Shown piece by piece: positions 1 to 8,192 of a DNA stretch of 64,000 nucleotides. The DNA is from Pseudobdellovibrionaceae bacterium (lineage in GTDB: Bacteria; Bdellovibrionota; Bdellovibrionia; Bdellovibrionales; UBA1609): the NCBI GenBank assembly GCA_025354795.1, contig JANXMF010000075.1:3161-67160 (forward strand), given 5' to 3'. The position numbers were made by a program, and so were the translations under genes. Within the stretch, counting starts at the first letter, position 1. Each line of letters opens with the position of its first letter. Below the pieces are notes generated by a model. The model saw nothing but the letters and a program-made list of their open reading frames with translations. It did no database searches and was not told the origin of the DNA.

Positions 1-90
1 GGTGTGCGGACTCGGTCACGGCGTGCTCCCTGGAACTCCCGAGCGCCATGTCCGACAGCTTATCCATACCGTGCGCGAGACTTTTGCCTG

Positions 91-1443
91 ATGGACCACA
101 GCCAATTGCTTAAAAAATACAATGTTCCGGTGCCGCGCTACACCAGCTATCCCACCGTGCCCTATTGGTCGGACTCGCCCACCAGCGCTCAGTGGTTAGA
201 ATTTTTACAGCGAGCGTTGAGCCAGCCGGACTCCAGTTGGTCGATGTACTTACATATTCCGTTTTGCGAAACGCTTTGCACTTTTTGCGGCTGCAACACG
301 GTAATCACGCGCGGCCACGAGCGCGAGAGCCCGTATGTGAAAACCCTGCTGCAAGAATTTTTCAATTATCACCGGCACCTGCCGTTGTTAGCCGATAAGC
401 CTCTGCGCCAATTGCATTTGGGCGGCGGCACCCCAACCTTTTTGTCCTCCGCGCATTTGCGCGCGCTGCTTGAAGGACTTTATCGACACGTGGTCATCGA
501 CAAGAAAAATTTTGTCGCCAGTGTGGAGGTCGATCCGCGCCGGACCAGCGTCGAACAATTGCAAGTGATGTTCGAACTCGGCTTCACCCGCGTGAGTCTG
601 GGCGTTCAAGATTTTGATCCGGAAGTGCAGCGCTTGGTGAATCGCATACAGCCACTCGAGCAAACTCGTGAGCTCACCGAAGCGGCCCGGGCGATGGGCT
701 ACCAGTCGGTCAATTTCGATATGATTTACGGTCTACCAAAGCAAACCGTGGCCTCCTTTGGTCCTTCGATTGACCGCACGATTGAACTAAGGCCTGATCG
801 CATCGCGCTCTATTCTTTTGCCAAAGTGCCATGGATCAAACCCCAACAAAGATTATTTAAAGACGAGGACCTGCCCGAAGGTGGCGAAAAGTTGGCGCTG
901 TTTGAAGTGGCGTACAATAAACTGCTTCAGGCCGGATATATCGAGATTGGCATGGATCATTTCGCGCTTGCGAGCGATAAACTTAGCCTTGCGCTCAAGA
1001 ATAAGTCTTTGCATCGCAACTTTATGGGCTACACCGAAATACGCACCGATATTCTTTTGGGCCTCGGGGTGAGCAGCATTTCCGAAACCCGCGAGTGTTT
1101 TCACCAAAACGAAAAGGTGCTGCCGCTTTATGAGAAGAAGGTGCAAGCGCAAGAGGTAGCCACATTGCGCGGCCATATCTTGAGTGCGGACGATCAACGC
1201 CAGCGCGATCAGGTTCTTCGGTTTATGACTCAAGGCTCGGTGCCGCTGCGGGATGCCGGGCAAGTGTCTGACGTGCGCCGGTTTCTCGAAGATATGTTAC
1301 GGGACGGATTGGTGCGCCTGGAACAAAACACTTTGAGCATCACTGAGCTTGGACGCCCCTTCCTGCGCAACGCCTGTGTCGTACTGGACCAGCGTCTGCG
1401 CGAACAAAAGCCCGAAACTCGGGTTTTTTCCCAGGCCCTATGA
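91..1443 (+). CDS. hemN: oxygen-independent coproporphyrinogen III oxidase (radical SAM, HemN family)
   Basis: The N-terminus YNVPVPRYTSYPTVPYW and the radical-SAM cluster motif HIPFCETLCTFCGCN are typical of HemN. The ORF opens at 4, but the ATG at 91 (MDHSQLLKKY) gives the canonical N-terminus. The stop overlaps the next start (ATGA at 1440). Confidence 0.85.
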   Translation: MDHSQLLKKYNVPVPRYTSYPTVPYWSDSPTSAQWLEFLQRALSQPDSSWSMYLHIPFCETLCTFCGCNTVITRGHERESPYVKTLLQEFFNYHRHLPLLADKPLRQLHLGGGTPTFLSSAHLRALLEGLYRHVVIDKKNFVASVEVDPRRTSVEQLQVMFELGFTRVSLGVQDFDPEVQRLVNRIQPLEQTRELTEAARAMGYQSVNFDMIYGLPKQTVASFGPSIDRTIELRPDRIALYSFAKVPWIKPQQRLFKDEDLPEGGEKLALFEVAYNKLLQAGYIEIGMDHFALASDKLSLALKNKSLHRNFMGYTEIRTDILLGLGVSSISETRECFHQNEKVLPLYEKKVQAQEVATLRGHILSADDQRQRDQVLRFMTQGSVPLRDAGQVSDVRRFLEDMLRDGLVRLEQNTLSITELGRPFLRNACVVLDQRLREQKPETRVFSQAL

Positions 1444-2648
1444 ACATCGTGGGCGCGGGGTTTTCGGGTTTGACGCTCGCCTATGAACTCACCGCACTTG
1501 GCGTGCCTGTGAAGGTTTTTGAATCTCAAGCGCAAGCGGGGGGTCTGATCGCCACCCGTGTCAATAGGTTTGGTTTAGTCGAGACGGCGGCTAACGCGTT
1601 TCTGGCGAATGCCGATATTGAACGTCTGTTTAAAGAACTGGGCTTGGAGTTTGCGTGTCAGCGGCCTAGTCGCCGCCGGCGTTATATTTTTACAGACTCT
1701 AAGCCGAGACGGTGGCCTTTGAGTATCAAAGCCACCTTGAAGCTTTTGCCGCTCGTGCTCGCCCAGCTCACGCGGCGCGAGGGCCATTGGCCACGGCCAT
1801 TTGAGACTGTGCACCAATGGGCGAGCCGCGTGGTCGGTGTTGAAATTGAACAACGACTCTTGGCGCCGGCGTTACAGGGAGTTTATGCTGGCGACATCGG
1901 GCGCTTAAGTGCCTCGTTGGTGCTGGGGCGCCTGTTCCGTGGTCCGCGGCCTCGACGCGGTCACTGGCGCGGAAGCGTCAGTCCGAAGAATGGGATGGGG
2001 GAGTTGACGCGAAAACTGAGTGACGCGATTGTCGCTCGCGGCGGTAAAATTCAGTATTCGCATCGTTATGTTTTGTCTGAAAATGTAACTGAGCCAACGA
2101 TTCTATGCACTAGTGCTTGGGCCGCGGCTCAAATTCTTAGCGCGCGCGAGCCTGAAAGTGCGGCGCTGTTGGCGCGCTGTGAAAGCTTGCCGTTGGTTTC
2201 CGTTACAGCTTTTTTTCCCCATCAAACCGGCGAATTACGCGGCTTCGGTTGTTTGTTTCCGGAGTCGCAAGGCTTTCATGCGCTCGGGGTTTTGTTCGCC
2301 GATGGGATTTTTGCCGACCGCTCCGAGCAGCGTGCGGAGACTTGGATTCTCGGCGGCGCACGTCAAATGCAAGTGATGACTTTAGATGATGAGGGTGTGA
2401 CCGCGGCTCTTGCGGAAGATCGTCGCCGCTTGACTGGCCAGCCTTGGCGGCCGCTGAGTGTCGATATCACCCGTTGGCCGCGGGCCTTGCCCCACTATAC
2501 CGTGGAGTGGGAACGCGCTCTGTCCGCGCTTTCGGTGCCGGCCCCGCTATTCTTACACGGCAATTATTTGGGTCACCTAGGTCTCGCGCAGATTCACCAA
2601 CGCTCGCGCACTTTGGCGCGCGAACTCAAGGAGAAGTATGCGGGCTAA
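1440..2648 (+). CDS. hemY: FAD-dependent protoporphyrinogen/coproporphyrinogen oxidase (HemY family)
   Basis: It has an N-terminal dinucleotide-binding motif (IVGAGFSGLTLAYEL...FESQAQAGGLI). It sits between hemN and hemH and is translationally coupled to both. Confidence 0.65.
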   Translation: MNIVGAGFSGLTLAYELTALGVPVKVFESQAQAGGLIATRVNRFGLVETAANAFLANADIERLFKELGLEFACQRPSRRRRYIFTDSKPRRWPLSIKATLKLLPLVLAQLTRREGHWPRPFETVHQWASRVVGVEIEQRLLAPALQGVYAGDIGRLSASLVLGRLFRGPRPRRGHWRGSVSPKNGMGELTRKLSDAIVARGGKIQYSHRYVLSENVTEPTILCTSAWAAAQILSAREPESAALLARCESLPLVSVTAFFPHQTGELRGFGCLFPESQGFHALGVLFADGIFADRSEQRAETWILGGARQMQVMTLDDEGVTAALAEDRRRLTGQPWRPLSVDITRWPRALPHYTVEWERALSALSVPAPLFLHGNYLGHLGLAQIHQRSRTLARELKEKYAG

Positions 2649-3636
2649 AGGTTTGCTTCTGATCAATTTGGGCTCACCGGCGTCGCCCTCGCGCCGAGAT
2701 GTGGCTAAGTACCTACGTGAATTTTTAAACGATCCGTTTGTAATCGACCTGCCCGCGCCGCTGCGATGGCTCCTGGTCAATGGCTTGATCGCCCCACTGC
2801 GTTCGGCGAAATCGAGCGCGGCCTATCAAAAAATCTGGACGGACCGCGGTTCGCCACTGGTTGACCATACCCGCGGCTTCGCCTTGAAAGTGGCGACTGA
2901 GCTCGCGCCGGAATGGGATGTACGCTGGGCGATGCGCTACGGACAACCATCGCTGCGCGCGGTGCTTGATAATTGGGCGGTGGACCAGCTCTACGTGGTG
3001 CCGCTTTACCCACAGTATGCCGAATCATCGACGCGAACGGCGATCGAAGCGGTGCGCAGGAATAAACCAAATATATTTGCACTAAAGGATTTCTACGCGG
3101 CCCCGGAATTTATCCGCGCCCAAGCCGCGCAAATCAACAAGGCGGTCGCCGGGTTCAAGCCAGACCGACTGCTACTCAGTTATCATGGGCTGCCCGAGCA
3201 CCACATGACCAAACTGCATCCCCTACATTGTTTGCAGGCCAGTACCTGTTGCGCGCAAGTGAGCGCGGAAAATCGCTGGTGTTACCGCGCCCAAGCCTAT
3301 GCGACCTCCAAAGCGTTAAGCGCGCACTTGAGTATGTCGGCGCAAGAGATCGGTTTTCAATCGCGTTTGGGCCGCAGGCCGTGGATTAAACCCTACACCG
3401 ATCAGGTCATCGAAGATCTGGCGCGCCAGGGGGCCAAGCGCGTGCTGGTGAGTTGCCCCTCGTTTGTCGCCGATTGCCTGGAGACCTTGGAGGAGATCGG
3501 AATCCGCCTGCGCCAACAATTTATCACCGTCGGTGGAGACGACCTGAGACTGGTTCCCGCCCTCAATGACGAACCTCATTGGGTGCGCGAATTTTGCACG
3601 ATGATCAAGCGATCTGACCTTGAGTGGGAGCGGTGA
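2638..3636 (+). CDS. hemH: ferrochelatase
   Basis: LLINLGSPASPSRRDVAKYLREFLNDPFVIDLP and YPQYAESST are classic ferrochelatase motifs. It overlaps hemY by 11 nt. Confidence 0.9.
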   Translation: MRAKGLLLINLGSPASPSRRDVAKYLREFLNDPFVIDLPAPLRWLLVNGLIAPLRSAKSSAAYQKIWTDRGSPLVDHTRGFALKVATELAPEWDVRWAMRYGQPSLRAVLDNWAVDQLYVVPLYPQYAESSTRTAIEAVRRNKPNIFALKDFYAAPEFIRAQAAQINKAVAGFKPDRLLLSYHGLPEHHMTKLHPLHCLQASTCCAQVSAENRWCYRAQAYATSKALSAHLSMSAQEIGFQSRLGRRPWIKPYTDQVIEDLARQGAKRVLVSCPSFVADCLETLEEIGIRLRQQFITVGGDDLRLVPALNDEPHWVREFCTMIKRSDLEWER

Positions 3637-4454
3637 CTAAACAGTTTATAGTTATAGATAGATTTTATGGATATGCGGCTCAGCTACGCCAGACTTTTGC
3701 TGCTAGATTCGCGGATCCGCTCACTGCGCACAACGGCCGTTTTGTTTGGGACTATTGGCATGTGCCCGGTGAGTACACCCATCTGCGCACACCCGCTTTC
3801 GCCTTTTTTCCGCCTAAAATGTATCAAGCCTTTCACCGCTATCTGGTGGAATGGGGCCGGGTCAATTTGGGCTGTCATGACATTAGTCCGCCTTGGCTTA
3901 GTTGTTATGTTGAGGGCTGTCGGCAAAATGCTCACACCGATGTGCCCCACGGCCCGCTTGCGTTTGTGTATTCACTCACTCCGCGCCAGCTCAGTTTTAC
4001 CGGCGGTGAAACCTTTATTCATCAAGGTTCAAAAAAAATGCTGATTCCCTCACGCTTCAATCGCCTTTTGGTTTTCAATCCCGCTCTTCGCCACGGCGTG
4101 AAACTCGTGCGCGGCACCCACGATCCGCGCCTGGGTCGCTTGGTGGTACATGGATGGTTTGTGAACCCGCGTCCGTTTTGGTATGGCCCCTTGACAGCGG
4201 TGCAAATCAGTCGCGGCATTGAGGCCGGCTTAAGCCCCGCGCTTAAAGGCGAGCTTAAGCTCGGGCGCGGTTTGCTGTCGCTGCGACTTTCCGTCGATCG
4301 CCAAGGTCGGGTGCGCGCGCTCAAAACGCTCGTCAATACCTTGGACGGGGGGTCACCGGGGGAATATCAGATTTTGTTGAAACTGGTTCGAACGCTAAGC
4401 TTTGCGTCTCGGCGTGCGGGCACAACCCTGACCTTACCTTTACAGATTAACTAA
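3624..4454 (+). CDS. 2OG-Fe(II) oxygenase-like protein (prolyl-4-hydroxylase superfamily), function unknown
   Basis: It has an HxD...H facial-triad-like pattern (NAHTDVPHG ... ALRHGV). It overlaps the hemH stop by 13 nt (GTG at 3624, or GTG at 3633). The C-terminal ~80 aa form a separate small domain. Confidence 0.5.
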   Translation: MGAVTKQFIVIDRFYGYAAQLRQTFAARFADPLTAHNGRFVWDYWHVPGEYTHLRTPAFAFFPPKMYQAFHRYLVEWGRVNLGCHDISPPWLSCYVEGCRQNAHTDVPHGPLAFVYSLTPRQLSFTGGETFIHQGSKKMLIPSRFNRLLVFNPALRHGVKLVRGTHDPRLGRLVVHGWFVNPRPFWYGPLTAVQISRGIEAGLSPALKGELKLGRGLLSLRLSVDRQGRVRALKTLVNTLDGGSPGEYQILLKLVRTLSFASRRAGTTLTLPLQIN

Positions 4455-4702
4455 GACTTGTTCTGCGGCTCTTTGGTTTTCAGCGGATCTACAGTTTTTT
4501 CACCAACATTTGCGCTCAATTGCTCGGGAGGTTTAGGGGTTGCGGTTGGAGTCTCTACGGGATCGACTTCGTTCAGACTGGATTTGAAACCGCGAATGGC
4601 TTTGCCAATCGAGGAGCCCAGGCCGGGCAATCGGCTTGGGCCGAAAAAGAGCAAGAGCACGCCCATAAAGATGATCCAATGTGTAAGGCTAAATTCTCCC
4701 AC
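4451..4702 (-). CDS. tatA: twin-arginine translocase subunit TatA/E
   Basis: It has an 83-aa N-terminal TM helix followed by FGPSRLPGLGSSIGKAIRGFK, the TatA signature. Confidence 0.85.
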   Translation of the reverse strand: MGEFSLTHWIIFMGVLLLFFGPSRLPGLGSSIGKAIRGFKSSLNEVDPVETPTATPKPPEQLSANVGEKTVDPLKTKEPQNKS

Positions 4703-4782
4703 GTGTCACTCCTCTTTGAGCAGTAATCCTCTTTATCCCATGAAAATCGCAATTGTGTAATAAAATCAACCAAAAAGCGGGC

Positions 4783-6642
4783 TTAGGAAGCGCCGAGTTT
4801 GGTTTCAGGCCCTTTTTTGAAGGGCAGACTGCATTCCTTGAACTCAAAGTCCTTTTTGCACGAGATCGCCTCTCGGATCGGGGCGGTAAAAAGCTCCTTG
4901 CGGCGCTGATCGCCCTCGGTGTGAGAATCAAAGATGTATTCCTTTTCCACCGAACTCTCTTCGGGAAAATGGCTGTCAAGTGACGGCTCAAGACATTGCC
5001 ACGAGCTGCTGGCCAAAAAGCGGTTCTGCCGCTCGGTCTGGTTTGGCACATCCATCAGCAATTGCGCCAGCGCGTAGCTGCCGATCACGTCCGCGAATCG
5101 CTCTACCGGCGTCGACGAAAAGCCCTCGGACTCAAGCAGGCTGCGGCTGGAAAATTCCCCCTCGATTCGTAGTGTCCGCTGTAGCACTTGATTGGTCATA
5201 TTCTTGGCCACTTCGATGGAGTCTTTGATGCGTTGGGTGTCGGCTTTGTCGGAACAGCGGTACTCGGCGGTGAAAAAAATCATGGTGGTGATCTCTTCAT
5301 CGATGGGCTCTTCGCCCTGGCTCCACAAATAGTAACTGCAGGGGTTGAGAAAATTGGGATTCTTCTGAGAACGGCCATTCGGAGTGGGGAGATCGCGTTT
5401 GGTGATACGTAGAAAACGATTGCTAGACGCTAACTCGGAAATGCGGTCACCGGTTAAGGTCCGAGCAAAGCGGGCGATCTCCTCCGGACCGGGAATTTTG
5501 GCGGTTTCGCGCCGTTTTAGACAGCGCTGAAATTCTGGAAGTTCGGTGGTATAGCCGTCGAGGCTCGTGAGGGACTCGTTGAAAGTGGTCTTAAAAGAAT
5601 TCCACCCGTCGCAAGAAAAAGATTTGGGCTGGCAAATGTCATGACGAAGCGAGCTCAGCTTTTGCCCGAACGCCGAGCGAATGGCAAACAGATATTGGCT
5701 GCGGTCAATGCCCAGCGCGTGGCCCATCTCGTGCGCCAGCGTTTGCAAAATATCTTCACTGTTAAAGTCGCCGGCGCAAATGGTGAGAATGTTAAGGTAG
5801 GTGTAGTAAAAGGCGTTGACGGTGGTGCTCGAGCACTCCTCATTAGAAATCGCTTGATAAGCGCCTGGCAAAACCAGTTTGATTTCGGAGATACGCTCGA
5901 GCCAGGTTGTGCGCGTGTTTTCGGGAATGTCGAGACGGGCAATCATGTGCAGATAACTGTTTTGCAGATGGGTAAAGCCCTGCTCGACCTTCTTCCAATT
6001 CTTATCATTGCGCCACAAGGCCTGCGAAATATCAGACACCAGACGCCGGCGCTGACGTCGGCGTTCAAGCTGCAACTCAAAGGGAATCAGATTTTCCGGC
6101 AGCTTGTGAAAGCCGGGATACTTGCCGTCCATACGTGCCAAAATGGCTTCGTTAAACGACATCGTCCATAAGTAGCCGAGTTCAAAATCCATCTGCTCCG
6201 AGGCTAGCCGCTGCTCGACCGACATCAAAGTGCGCGGCGCCCGCTCGAGAAAGGTTTTGAGTTTGGTAAAGTAATCGCTGCGCGACAATATCCTATAGAA
6301 ATCGCTTGGTAAACTTTTTTGGTTTTGTACTTTGGCCTGTGAGTAGCGGTAAAAAACATGGGAGAATTGGTTGTGGGTTTCGCCTTGTAAAACTTTGATC
6401 GAGCTTTGCAGATTTTTGACTTCTAAATTGCCGAGCACGTCGGGTGAGTAAAGGATATTGCAGTAGGTGTCGAGCATGGACTTACATTGCGGCATATTGC
6501 TGGCGGAATAAAATTCTTCCGACGAAAAAGTGCGCAAAACTTCCGGCGCTTTTGGGGCTTCCTGGGTGGCGCAGCTAACCCATAGCAACAGCGCGCTCAA
6601 TCCTCCTGCCAACCGCACTGTTTGACCGCGCACAATGTTCAT
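4783..6642 (-). CDS. secreted/lipoprotein zinc metalloprotease (HExxH), family unassigned
   Basis: It has a signal peptide with a lipobox-like LLWVSC and a single HEMGHALG zinc motif. I recognise no other family signature. Confidence 0.5.
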   Translation of the reverse strand: MNIVRGQTVRLAGGLSALLLWVSCATQEAPKAPEVLRTFSSEEFYSASNMPQCKSMLDTYCNILYSPDVLGNLEVKNLQSSIKVLQGETHNQFSHVFYRYSQAKVQNQKSLPSDFYRILSRSDYFTKLKTFLERAPRTLMSVEQRLASEQMDFELGYLWTMSFNEAILARMDGKYPGFHKLPENLIPFELQLERRRQRRRLVSDISQALWRNDKNWKKVEQGFTHLQNSYLHMIARLDIPENTRTTWLERISEIKLVLPGAYQAISNEECSSTTVNAFYYTYLNILTICAGDFNSEDILQTLAHEMGHALGIDRSQYLFAIRSAFGQKLSSLRHDICQPKSFSCDGWNSFKTTFNESLTSLDGYTTELPEFQRCLKRRETAKIPGPEEIARFARTLTGDRISELASSNRFLRITKRDLPTPNGRSQKNPNFLNPCSYYLWSQGEEPIDEEITTMIFFTAEYRCSDKADTQRIKDSIEVAKNMTNQVLQRTLRIEGEFSSRSLLESEGFSSTPVERFADVIGSYALAQLLMDVPNQTERQNRFLASSSWQCLEPSLDSHFPEESSVEKEYIFDSHTEGDQRRKELFTAPIREAISCKKDFEFKECSLPFKKGPETKLGAS

Positions 6643-6849
6643 TGAGCTCCCTAGGATCAGTATACTGGCAAAGCCGGGCCGATTCTATCGGCTGAAAGGA
6701 TAGCGACAAAGCGAGTCCAGCCATGGACTTAGGCCTAGTTTTGAGGGAAGCGTTCGCGACCAACGTCGCACCCAAGGAGTTCAGCGCGGATTTTTTTTCA
6801 GCTTTGTCGCGGGGTTCCGATAAGACAATATATAGTGAGGAAGAACTCT

Positions 6850-7776
6850 ATGCTTAAACTCAGGATGTTCACATTCATTTTGGTTTTCCAAACGCTGCTA
6901 CAGCCACTGCAATTCGCGTTTGCGGACCTCGTTCGAAGCCCCCGCCTGTGCCAAGACCCGGATCTAGTAAAGTGCAAAGATCCCCTCATAAACAAGTGTT
7001 GTTCAAAGCCTGGCAATTACGCATTGATTTCCTCGCAACTCAACTCAACTAATCGCTGTCAACTTTGGAAAGACCCAGAGTTTCAAAAAAAGCTTAAGGA
7101 GCTGTGTGAAACGGAAGCTAAACCCGGACCATGTGGTGACCAACCGTGCCCACCAACAGTTCCTGTACCACCCCCTATTACGCCTCCACCGCCACCACCA
7201 CCTCCTCCACACGAGCCTGAGCGACGTGAACGGCGTGAGCGTGAGCGAGAGGGCGGGGGATTGGACGACTTTTTCTCCGGCACCGGAGGCTTGCTTGTCG
7301 GAGGCTTGATTGGCGGCATTGGTGGCTACCTTATCGGTGACAAGTTAGGTTACAACCGCGGCCGACAATCGATGTATCCGCCGTTTGGAGGACCCATGTT
7401 TGGTGGCCCTGGAATGGTACCTCCGCGGATGGGCAACCCAATGATGATGAACGGAATGATGGGCGGCCAAATGTTTTTGTCTCCTCCCGCATTTTTTAAC
7501 ACTGCGGGTGGGCGTGGATTGCCGCAATACTACCAGGCACCCTTTTCAGGAGGAGGACTTGGCGGTGGCGGTTTTGGTGGCTACGGAGGTGGCTACGGAG
7601 GTGGCTACGGAGGTGGCTACGGAGGTGGCTACGGAGGTGGCTACGGAGGTGGCGGAGGCTATCAAAATTATCAAGGCTACGGACTTGGATTTCAGAGTGG
7701 ATATTCAACGGGTGGATTTGGCGCGCAGTATCCTGTAGCCGCCCCCGCTGTGCTGTCATTCCCCGGTCCGCGTTAG
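6850..7776 (+). CDS. secreted Cys-rich / poly-Pro / Gly-Met / Gly-Tyr low-complexity protein
   Basis: It has a signal peptide (MLKLRMFTFILVFQTLLQPLQFAFA), then a Cys-rich module, PPPITPPPPPPPPPH, ERRERREREREGGG, a Met/Gly-rich tract, and (GGYG)n. The ATG at 6850 is preceded by GAGGAA. The ORF opens at GTG 6835. Confidence 0.6.
   Translation: MLKLRMFTFILVFQTLLQPLQFAFADLVRSPRLCQDPDLVKCKDPLINKCCSKPGNYALISSQLNSTNRCQLWKDPEFQKKLKELCETEAKPGPCGDQPCPPTVPVPPPITPPPPPPPPPHEPERRERREREREGGGLDDFFSGTGGLLVGGLIGGIGGYLIGDKLGYNRGRQSMYPPFGGPMFGGPGMVPPRMGNPMMMNGMMGGQMFLSPPAFFNTAGGRGLPQYYQAPFSGGGLGGGGFGGYGGGYGGGYGGGYGGGYGGGYGGGGGYQNYQGYGLGFQSGYSTGGFGAQYPVAAPAVLSFPGPR
7576..7647 (+). repeat. perfect tandem repeat, 12 bp x 6 (ggtggctacgga), encoding GGYG repeats
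   Basis: I read six identical consecutive 12-mers directly from the sequence, followed by a degenerate seventh unit. Confidence 0.95.
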
Positions 7777-7817
7777 CCGAGTCCGAATAGTCGGGTGGGA
7801 AAGTTAATGGAGAGCCC

Positions 7818-8192
7818 GTGAGTTTTACATTTACTTTGTTTATTTATAGCGCCATTAGTTTGGCGCAAAACCGGTCGGATATACACGTCACCGTATGGGC
7901 GCGCGATCCGGACGCCGTGCGGACTCTTTATCAAGGCCCCCAATATTCGATTATAGATCGCGAATCGGAAGAGCAGGAATGGAAAAGGGAGGGCTACCTC
8001 CCGCCCAGAGAGCGAAACGCCCTTTTTTATCGCATTCATTTAAGCAAAGCCGTCGCTAAGTATCCGGAAATGGAAAAGGATATTCTGGTGATTGGCGCCC
8101 ACTTTGGCACTATCAAGCAGCTGCGAAAGCGTTTTCCAAAATTATCGGTTCAGCAGTTGCAGAGTTTGATGGACGCGGTCCGGGAGCAGTAG
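7818..8192 (+). CDS. hypothetical small secreted protein
   Basis: It is a 124-aa ORF with a hydrophobic N-terminus (MSFTFTLFIYSAISLAQ). Its stop overlaps the next start (TAGTG). I recognise no motif. Confidence 0.4.
   Translation: MSFTFTLFIYSAISLAQNRSDIHVTVWARDPDAVRTLYQGPQYSIIDRESEEQEWKREGYLPPRERNALFYRIHLSKAVAKYPEMEKDILVIGAHFGTIKQLRKRFPKLSVQQLQSLMDAVREQ

Noticed and set aside
7576-7647. I considered whether the tandem repeat could be a CRISPR-like or other non-coding array.
   Set aside because: The units are 12 bp with no spacers, lie in frame inside a long ORF, and encode GGYG. This is a coding minisatellite, not a CRISPR array.
7083-7759. ORFs on the antisense strand and in alternative frames lie inside the Pro/Gly/Tyr-rich gene (7083-7319 minus strand, 7345-7527 minus strand, 7496-7759 minus strand, 7508-7738 plus strand), with repetitive translations such as HLRSHLRS and EVATEVAT.
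   Set aside because: They are frame-shadow artefacts of the 12-bp tandem repeat and the GC-rich low-complexity coding sequence. They have no start context or signal.
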